A stretch of 63,257 bases of DNA, filler included, from Kipferlia bialata (taxonomy: Eukaryota), in the NCBI GenBank assembly GCA_003568945.1. It is 4 parts of 4 records of this genome, joined end to end, with 100 filler letters (N's around TTAATTAATTAA, not from the genome) between each part and the next. Parts side by side here need not be neighbours in the genome. Positions count along the whole stretch, not along the records: positions 47,530 to 63,257 come from BDIP01000674.1; 3 more parts are not named here. One strand, written 5' to 3'. Shown piece after piece: positions 52,989 to 63,257 of the stretch (its first letter is position 1; each line of letters begins with the position of its first letter). The translations under genes and the position numbers were made by a program. A model generated the notes under the pieces. It saw nothing but the letters and a program-made list of their open reading frames with translations. It had not been told where the DNA came from and ran no database searches.

Positions 52989-54494
52989 GCGTCTTCGTCA
53001 AGGGTGTTTGACACCTCTCTGGACCAGATGCTGCTGACCAAGTTCTTCCTGACACCTGATGTGTCAAGGTAATATTCAAGTATCGTATGCATATATATAT
53101 TATTTACTTTGTATATACTGAACAATATTAGCTGAAATATTAGTGTTCCAGTGCACTCTTTCGTGCTATTACTACGATGATATATACTCTCCTCACCAAG
53201 CCACCTCTCGTGTACTACCTTTACATATCCTCCTCACCCTCAGGACTGTGTTGGTCCCATGCATAGTGGCAGCCCTCCAGGTATGACACGCACATCTCTC
53301 TCTCTATATATATTTACGTATACATTTATACTCTATACCTATCATATGCATCGTGGCATATGAAATGATAATATGCCTTCTGAAGAGAAATGAACATATA
53401 TGTTTTTAAGGTACCCTGTCTCTTACACCCAGGGCGGAACCATAGCTCATTTACATATTAGTATTGAATACATATATAGTGTATATATGCACACTGTTTA
53501 TGTCTCACACCCAGGGCATCACCAGTCAGGACGGATACACACAGCCCCCAGACATGCTAGTGGTCAAGGTACATATGTGTATGTATATAACACGTATACT
53601 ATATATATAGTATGTATAGACAATATATGTATGTTCATTACGTATATACAGTATTTGTACGGCATATATTCACCCAGCCCCCAGACATGCTGGTGGTCAA
53701 GGTAGGATATTTATCTGTAATGCATGTTTCCAATATTTCACTAAAATTCTTTTACACTCGTCAATAGAAAACTGACATCCTAGGAGATCTCTGCCATTCT
53801 CAAGAGATACATCCGGCTCCCGCCCCTCGTTGCATCAGCAGATGAGGGAGAGATAGACGGAGAGATAGCCGGAGAGAGAGAGAGAGAGGGAGAGGGGGAG
53901 AGAGAGGGTCAGGACTATGTCCTGCTGGTTCAGGGTGTCCTGTCACTCCTGACATACAGACAGCCCATGATCACAAACAAGGTACACACACACACATACG
54001 TATATATATACACATGTTGATATATGTAGATATGTAAATATATGTATATAGATATATATGTTTGTGCTAGGTGTCCTGTCACTCCTGAGATACAGACAGC
54101 CCATGATCACAAACAAGGTATATGAGTATGTATGTAGATCTATACGTCTCTCTCGCTACCCAGTTTTGTTTATCTTTCTCTCTCTTCCTCTACCCCCTTA
54201 ACTCCCAGGCCACTGTGTTCTTGACCAGGGACACCCCGGGCTCTCTGTCTGTGTCTGGGCCCTACATCGTGTCTGCCCTGTTCAGACTCCTATCACTAGG
54301 TATTTCTTGAGCTTTTGTCATTATTTATGTGTAATTAACAACGATTGGAATATGTCTCTGGGCCCTACATCGTGTCTGCCCTGTTCAGACTACTCTCACT
54401 AGGTATGTATGTTTTTCTCTTTTGAAGTATTCTACTGTCACTAGCTATATATGTATGTATTTTATTTCTAGTACGCGTGTTTAGGTCACACAGG

Positions 54495-54531
<37 letters not shown>

Positions 54532-56123
54532 TACTATATGTATGTGTATTATATCTGTATTTCTTTAAGATCTGACCCCCAGACATGCCCACCCCTGCCT
54601 CTCTCTATACATACATGTTCTTAGGTTATATATATATAATTATATATTATTACTATATCTGTTGGATTGTATCCTATTATAGTTGGATTGTATCCTATTA
54701 TGTAACTAACCCACCCAGACATGCCCGCCCCTGCCTCCCTGCCCCTGTCAGAGAGTGACACGCAGGTAACCTATATATATCATGTATATCACCCAATCAC
54801 ACTTTCTCTCTTGCTTTCATGTATATATTTGTAAACATGATTACATTACGTTTGTATTTAAGGATATATTCAGCTATCTATACATTGACACTTACACTGT
54901 GAGGCAGTGTCATACATGGTATTAATACCCCTCTCTATCACCCTGTAATCGGATTTGTCTCGATCTTTTGGCTCCTCTTTTCTATTGTTCTCCTTACCTC
55001 AGTCCGTGTCTCGCATTCTGCAGCTGGTGGAGGCTGTCCTGTTTGACATGAAGGTGTCGGTGTCACAGTTGTCAGGTAACGGTTGAGATACTCTTGTATT
55101 GAATACATCTATATATATATATATTGATATAGTACTCTATAATATATGGGGGCTGTGCTGTTTGACATGAAGGTGTCGGTATCCCAGTTTTCAGGTATAC
55201 ATATATGTATATATACATGTAAGTATTGTATTATTATGTAATAATATATAGGATACTGTGATGTTTGATATGAGGGTGTCGGTACCCCAGTTGTCAGGTA
55301 ACGTTCTGAGTTCCAATCCATAATGACATTGTATAACTACACTACTATTCTCCAGGTAGTGCTAAAGTATGCTAAAGTGTGAGATTGTCGGAGCATACAT
55401 CGGAGCATATATCGGAGTATATATCGGAGTATATATTTGGAAAATGCGTATAATCCACTCTCTCTTATTCTCCAGGTGGTGCTGAGACCCCCATTGAGGG
55501 TGAGAGTGGGGAGAGTGTGGATGGGTCTCAGTCCATCAGTGTCGGCCTGGCATTCTTCGACATTGTACTCTACTTAATCCTAAGGTAGGCATTAGATAGA
55601 TATTTATACTATATACATACTGCATTAGTTATAGTACATACCTTTGGTATAGTGGCTGTACTTAATACTTAGGTAAGCGGAGTAAGAAAGGTATTCCAAT
55701 GAGAAAATAGATACCGATCTCACCCTCCAGGGAGTACCAGTCCCATGGCCTAGCCGAGTCCCCACCCGCCATGAGGAGGCTCATGAAGGTATGTATATAC
55801 ATGTACATTTACAATAAGTATGCTAAATTTATCGTTTCTCACTCTTTCTCTCTCTCTCTAGACCCTTATTCCAGGTCTTCTCCAAGGCCCCCATCCTCGC
55901 CTTCTCCTCTGCCACCAGACTCATGGCATTCGGGGCACCAAGAGACCCCTTTTCAGGTGAGGATATACATATTCACACATATATGTATTTATCATAGGTA
56001 TACTGTACAGTTACTATACTAGATATATATATAGGTATATATTATATATATATGATATATATATATGTATATTGGTGGACTCATGGTATTTGGGGTATCC
56101 AGGGACCCCTTTTCAGGTACTAT

Positions 56124-56169
<46 letters not shown>

Positions 56170-56613
56170 GTCTTGGTGGACGTTCAAAGTTACATATTCG
56201 CACTAGGGTATCACCTTTCTGACCCTAGGCGACGCTGCCCTTGTGGGAGATGTCTATGCCAGCCAGGGACTCAGGAGGGCAGGGTCCACGGAGGTACAGT
56301 TTATGATATATATATATTGAAGTATATACTATATTGATATGATGTGAGTCATATATTTATGTATCTATATAAGCCAGCCAGGGACTCAGGAGGGCAGGGT
56401 CCACGGAGGTATGCAGTGTAGTTATACATATGTCACACACACACACATACACATTCCTTGCCTCAGGATGTGACATCTTGTAGTCTCTCTCTTATATTAG
56501 TTCTATATATAAGTATATATTATTTCAATTATTTAAGTAGTTGTACTTGAATCTCTTTATCCTCAGGATGTGCCCTCTATTGTCATTGTTCGCTCTCTTT
56601 CGCTCTCTTTCGC

Positions 56614-56663
<50 letters not shown>

Positions 56664-58369
56664 TTACCCCAGGATGTGGCATCCATAGTATCCTCCATGC
56701 TCCCGGTACATGTCCTACAGGTATCCACCGTAATACACATATGTATATATTATCTATATTCATATTTATATTAATGTATATATGTTGTGTCACCCGTGCA
56801 AGTCCTACAGGTATCTAATTGTTTATATATTATTGTTATAGTACTTATGCTGTACTGTTATATGTATATTGAGTCATGTGTAATTTGTTTTGGATATGGA
56901 TACCTTATTGAATGTGTAAATACACATTATATATGTACTTTCTCCTGGCAGAGCTAGAGGAGACCCCCTATTATTCCTTCATACATACCATGTCATTATG
57001 TATAATTATATATTGGTTACTTATATTATTATATATACTATATACCACTATGTACTCTGACCCTGCAGGCAGAGCTAGTGGAGATGGAGGAGGAGAGAGA
57101 GAGGGAGATAGAGGAGGACCAGTACAACAAGGAGAGAGAGAGAGACAGAGCATGTGAGGAGGGTGTAGGAGAGGACATGTCAGTGAGTGAGGGAGAGAGC
57201 GAGGAAGGTGAGCACTCAGTGAGCGAAGAGGAGGACGAGGCTGAGCTAGACCCCTTTGGCGAGTGTCTGTTTGATGTCCCAATGACAGTGTCAGAGGCAT
57301 ATGTCGAGTATGCTCTCATGGTGCTGCTCAGCGTTAGGTGTGTAGTTATACACTTAGTTCAATACATATGAACTATATGCATGCATTCGCTCTCAAATGT
57401 GTATCTATTTTTGGTACTACTTAGCGTTGGTGTGTACTCTGTCTCTCTCTCCACACCCTAATTGTCAGGGACAGCCTAGGCCCCTCCACCCTCTCTCTCT
57501 CTCTCTCTCCCCCCCTCTCTCTCTACACCCTTTTATCCCAGGGACAGTCCTGGCCCCTCCACCCTCTCTCTGGCCAGTGAGGTTCTGACTGTGGTGACTG
57601 GACACGGCATACTGAAGGAGATGTTCATGGAAGGGCTAGTTGAGGTACTAATATATACATATACATATATATATATAGACAATTACACATATATTCATAT
57701 ATGTGACTGTATATATACTTAATGTGGTCAGAGGGCATGAGATACTCAAGGAGATGTTCATGGAGGGACTGGTCGAGGTATTATTATAAATGTAAAGTAT
57801 CTCTTTCTCTTCATACCCCCTTTATTCACATCTAGAATCGTAGCAAGGAGTCCCTCTTTGGTGACATCACCTCTCTCTCTCTTTCTCTCTCTCTCTCCTC
57901 CTGACCCCCTTTATTCACTTCTAGAACCGTAGCAAGGAGTCCCTGTTTGGTGACATAATCATCATTCTCTCTCTCTCTCTCCCCCCATATACCCTTAACT
58001 CACCTCTAGAACAGGAGCAAGGAGTCCCTCTTTGGCGACATCATCAGGAACAGGCACCCCGAGACAGGGGCAGACTCAGTGATACAGGTATATATATACT
58101 TGTATGTACACAGATTTATATATATATATATATGTGTGTGTGTATATATATATATATATATGGTGACCGTGAGTCAGGAACAGACACCCCGAGACAGGGG
58201 CAGACTCGGTCATACAGGTTAGAAACCACACATATGTAAATATATGTATATATATAGAGAGAGAGATAATTTTTCAATATATATGGATACCGTGAGACAG
58301 GAACAGACACCCCGAGACAGAGGCAGACTCAGTGATACAGGTAGGGGTATATATATGTATATATGTATA

Positions 58370-58400
<31 letters not shown>

Positions 58401-58517
58401 GGAGTTTTTCTTTCCATATATGTGGATACCCCGAGACAGGGGCAGACTCGGTGATACAGGTATGTATAGAGACGTACATAGATATAGTGTAAATGATTCA
58501 AAATTGTCGATGGCAGC

Positions 58518-58555
<38 letters not shown>

Positions 58556-60224
58556 ACCCTTATTCCAGGTCATCCTCTCCCACATGACCTCTGTCATATC
58601 CTCCTCCAGTGACCCTGTCTGTCTGGACACAGTGTGCAGCCTAGTCCTCAGACTCATCACCTTAGTCTCTGGGTCTAGCAACCCTAGTGTAGAGAGACCT
58701 CTGGGAGAGAGAGAGAGAAGCCGCAGGGGCTCCAGGTCGTCTAGGGGGTCTAGGAGTGCTATTCCTACCCCCACTAGTGGCAGTGGTACTCTTTCCACCA
58801 TCATGGGAGAGAGAGAGGTTGCCACCCCACTTACATCCCTTGTGTCACCTGCGTGTCTAGGGGCACTCACTGATGCACTCATAGGGACAGAGAACCCCAA
58901 GTGCTACAGGTATGTATAACTATAGTGTATATATGTTGTGTCTATAGTATAGTGTATATGTATGATACCGGGCACTGGTAGGGAATTACTTCTACAGATA
59001 CCGACTAGATGGAGTATAGCCCCTTTGTGGACGGTTCCTGTTGACCTCCCGTTACTGCCCTATATGTGATTCTTAACACAATAATTGATTCTATAATTGA
59101 TCCCAGGTTCCTGTTTGACCTCCCCTTGTCTCTGTCTGCCCTCCATCCATCATTTGTGCAGACATTCACAGACATGGGACTGGACATACTGGACAAGGTA
59201 ACACTGCTCTCGCTATGATGTTGTATCAGTATCCCTTATTGCAGTTATATCATCAATACTCTCTCTCTCTCTCTCTACACCCTTATTCCAGGCCGTCGAT
59301 GCCAGTCTGGCCCATGCCCCCTACATCGAGTCTCTCTCTCTCTCCTCCTCTGAGTACTCGACAGAGACACCCCCATGGACTAATCTAATGGAATGGGCTC
59401 AGACGCTTAGTAGGTGTGAATGTGTTTATACATCAGTGTCCTACCATATCTCTCTACCTGTCTCCCCTCACTCTAGCTATCCCCTTCGTGTCCAGTCCCA
59501 CACATCTTCCATCCAGCTCACTCTCCCTCTCATTCTCTCTCTCTCTCATTATCTCTCTCTCCCTTAACCCTTTAGTTACCTGCTTCGTGTCCAGTCCCAC
59601 ACTTCCTATATCCAGCACCACATACTCTCTCTCTCTCTCTTTCTCTCTCTATGTGTATGTATTGATATTTATATTTACTCTCACTCTAGTTACCTGCTTC
59701 GTGTCCAGTCCCACACCTCTTCCATCCAGCAGGGTGACAGGGACAGACACCCGGAGAGAGAGATGGTATCTAAGGTATGTATAGTGAATATATGTGGTGT
59801 ATTCAAATGTATATTGGGTCAACATATTGTATATACACACTTATGTATATATTCTTGTATCCTCTCACCCCTTAGGTTGAGGAGGCCCTGCTCAACTGCC
59901 TGGGTCTACATATATAATATATATTTATATATATATACTCATATATGTATTGATTATATACATACTCTAATAGGTACTTACCCGGTAGGTTGAGGAGGTC
60001 CTATAAATATATATGTATACTTTAATAGATACTGATACTGACACCAGGTTGAAGAGGCCCTGCTGCACTGTCTGGGTGACTCAGGGAGAGTAGAGGACAC
60101 AGAGAGAGAGGTATGTGTGTACTACTACAGCAATATGGTATCCAATTATTTATATTATCCTGACCCCAAGGCCGAGAGACTTGCCTTGAGGGAGAGGTAC
60201 AGCTGCACGGATCAGCAGGTGGGG

Positions 60225-60258
<34 letters not shown>

Positions 60259-62228
60259 TAACTGAGAAATTCTATGTTACCTCACATATATATGCGCATA
60301 CTATATATGTGAGAGGTACAGCTGCACGGATCAGCAGGTATACTACTATTTGCATTCATTCGTCTTTATTACCATCATATTACATACTACTATATAAGAT
60401 GTGTGTACTCACCCTAGGCCGCCTTCTACCTCATTGTCTCCATGGCCTTGTCCAGCACAGCATCACGGTCATCTAGAGCGTCTAAGACGTCTAAGGCGTC
60501 TAGACCGTTCGTTGATCTGGGCAGGTGTTCCTTGGCTCTGTTGAGACCTGTTGAGGCAGCGACCAATGCACTCAAGTACCTAACAGCAATGTCGGGAGGT
60601 ATATATGTATAACTACATAGTTACAATGTATATTACTTATATAATCCATTATTCCTATAACCAATGCACTGAAGTACCTGACAGCCATGTCGGGAGGTAT
60701 GGTATATATTACTATATCTATTACATTACATTATTAACATGGGTATTACTTAAATATTACATCATTAATATATTCATTGACTTCAGTATTGTATTCATTG
60801 TACATATAGATACACTAACATCAGCCTCTGCCCCAGGTGCTGTCAGTCCCACCTCAATCATACTGGCACCAATACTGAGGTGTGTATATGGATGGTTGTG
60901 AGTGTGTCTTATGAATATACTACACGAATCTGACGAGCCAATCGTATATATTCCCCCATACACATATTCATTCACAGGACCTAGTCATCTCTCTCTCTCT
61001 CTCTGCATATATTTATGTATTTGTATATGGACATACACCTTCTCACTTCTTAGGGCCCTGTATCTCCCTGCCGGTCACCCCATGCGTACATATGTGTGCA
61101 CACACCTTCCCAGGGCATTCGAGGAGGGGCAGGTGGGTTTTGATTGATATTCATATGCTAAACAGAGATATATACGTATGTACATACGTACCACATGATA
61201 TATATATATATATGTATGCACACACCTACCCAGGGCATTCGAGGAGGGGAAGGTGGGTATTGATTAGTGTATGCATCTATTGATGTGTATATTCCATTTA
61301 CTCCCAGGGTCTAGTCTCTCTGTGCCTGACAGAGATGCACTGCATACCCATGCCCAGTTCCCAGAGGTATATATTAATGTATATTTATATATATATATAT
61401 AGAGAGAGAGGAAGGGAGAGATGCACTCCATACCCATGCCCAGTGCCCAGAGGTATATATGTATATAGACATATATACATATATATATCTATATACTGAG
61501 AGAGGGAGATGAATTCATTCATACATTTTGAGTGTGTGCATTTGTCTTCAGAAGGTTATACGTACCATATTTATTACTCAACCTTAGGGAAGGTGGACTG
61601 CGGGAGAGGGAGAGAGAGAGAAAGAGGGAGAGGAAGCCCAGCATGGGTGGCCGCAGAGACAGGAGGGAGAGAGAGAGAGATGCCCGTATCAGTGTGTTTG
61701 AGGCACTGGTGATAGCCTTAGTACCTCTACTTCACAAGGACAAGGAGAGGGAGAGGGAGAGGGAGAGAGAGAGAGAGGCTGAGGAGGGGGAGGCCCAGGA
61801 GATGAGGGACACATCAGTCGAGGATGCCGATCTCCTAGCCTCTATCCACTGTGTGTCTGCACTGATTGAGAGTGTGACTCTGTCACCCCCTCCCACATTC
61901 TCTCTGGCACAGGCTGGGCCAGAGAGGGAGAGCGGGTCTTTCGAGCAGCAGGTATATATTATCCCTACGTGAATGCATAAGAATATGGTGTTGCTAAATG
62001 TGTGCTAAATGTGTGCTAAATGTGTGTGTGTATGTATATTAGTGTACCCCTGTCGAGAGACAGGGAGTGGATGTCGTTTGAACACTTAGTACCGTGATAA
62101 TTTCACTCATTTACTCTCTCTCTCTCTCTATCTCTCTCTCACCCTAGGCCATGCTGTGCTCTGCTGTCCTTACTTCTATCTTCTCTCTCTCTCTCTCTCA
62201 TCCTATTATGTTGTCTCATCCTATTACA

Positions 62229-62276
<48 letters not shown>

Positions 62277-62454
62277 CTCACTCTAGACCAAGCTGTGCTC
62301 TGCTGTCATTGCTTCTCTCTCTCTCTCTCTCTCTAGCCCTCTCTCTCTAGCCCCCTCTCTCATTCCAGGCCATGTTGTGCTCTGCTGTCCTTGCTTCTAC
62401 CTCTCTCTCTCTCTCTCTCTCATCCTAATATGTAGACTCATCCTATTATATATG

Positions 62455-62494
<40 letters not shown>

Positions 62495-63202
62495 CTCACC
62501 CTAGGCCATGCTGTGCTCTGCTGTCCTTGCTGCTGAGAAGTTGGTACCTGCACTGTGCCTCTATCTGTACAGGTATCCTCTCTCTCTCTAGCCACACCAG
62601 TCAGTTCATGTCTCCCTCTCCCTCTCCCTCTCTCTCTATTCATATGTATACTGTGTCTCTCCCCGGCCACATCTCCCAGTTTATGTATCCCTTTCTCTCT
62701 CTCTCTAGATGAAGTCATATTCCCATCTAATACCAGCCACACCTCCCAGTTCATGTCTGGCCACCCCATATCAGTCAGTCAGACGGTCGGGGTATTATCC
62801 CTGATTCTACAGGTATACTTGTAGTCATACATGTGTTATGGATGTATTCATTTATGGATGCTACATATATCAGACGGTCGGGGTACTATCCCTGTATCTG
62901 CAGGTACATATATATATATATATATACTTGTATATATACATGTATTTAAATATGTATCAATTGTATCAGTCAGTCAGACGGTCGGGGTGCTGTCCCTCAT
63001 CCTCCAGGTATATGTATTCTTTTATATGTGAATATATTGAGACCTCACTGCCTAAGCTTATGTTTCTGTCTATATTCAATCTCATTTATACTTCGAATTT
63101 CTTTGTCTTGAGCTTGTTTGTTGTCTGACGTCAGCTCACCACCATTGTACGGCGTTTCTTCAGGATATCGGCCCCTGCTGCCCTGTCCCTCTTGCACCAG
63201 AG
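52989..63202 (+). CDS. Very large, intron-rich hypothetical protein (helical, possibly HEAT-like, with acidic/ER-rich loops); continues beyond window
   Basis: More than 25 small GT-AG exons with amphipathic-helix translations (VGLAFFDIVLYLILR, EAYVEYALMVLLSVR, VCSLVLRLITLV, SVFEALVIALVPLL). No family recognised. Confidence 0.6.
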
Positions 63203-63204
63203 GT

Positions 63205-63257
<53 letters not shown>

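Noticed and set aside
1..63257. Numerous ORFs rich in YI/SL/RE/CV/HT dipeptides, poly-P/poly-G, or X
   Set aside because: These are translations of intronic microsatellites, homopolymer runs and N-gaps.

Overview
This window is eukaryotic, intron-dense genomic DNA from a fragmented draft assembly: it has N-gaps, three artificial 44N-TTAATTAATTAA-44N linkers, and poly-C/G runs at contig ends. Introns are short GT-AG introns whose branch point sits right next to the 3' splice site, and the standard genetic code is used. This style suggests a free-living fornicate such as Kipferlia (inference only). Splicing exons by hand gives about 18 genes. Well supported: phosphoserine aminotransferase, NVL/Rix7 AAA ATPase, an AGC kinase with a DFD motif, a SERF-family protein, DAW1/WDR69, RSL1D1, a TPR protein and a vanin/biotinidase-like nitrilase. 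More unusual: an intron-rich radical SAM/SPASM enzyme of prokaryotic type, an NLR-like STAND NTPase with ARM repeats, and an N-myristoylated ubiquitin-like protein lacking the di-glycine. The most striking unexplained signal is dozens of 'exon echoes'. These are partial copies of exon ends, complete with splice sites, stacked inside introns and UTRs. Many differ from the real exon almost only at synonymous positions, although they cannot be spliced in as complete exons. All exon coordinates were read by eye and are approximate.
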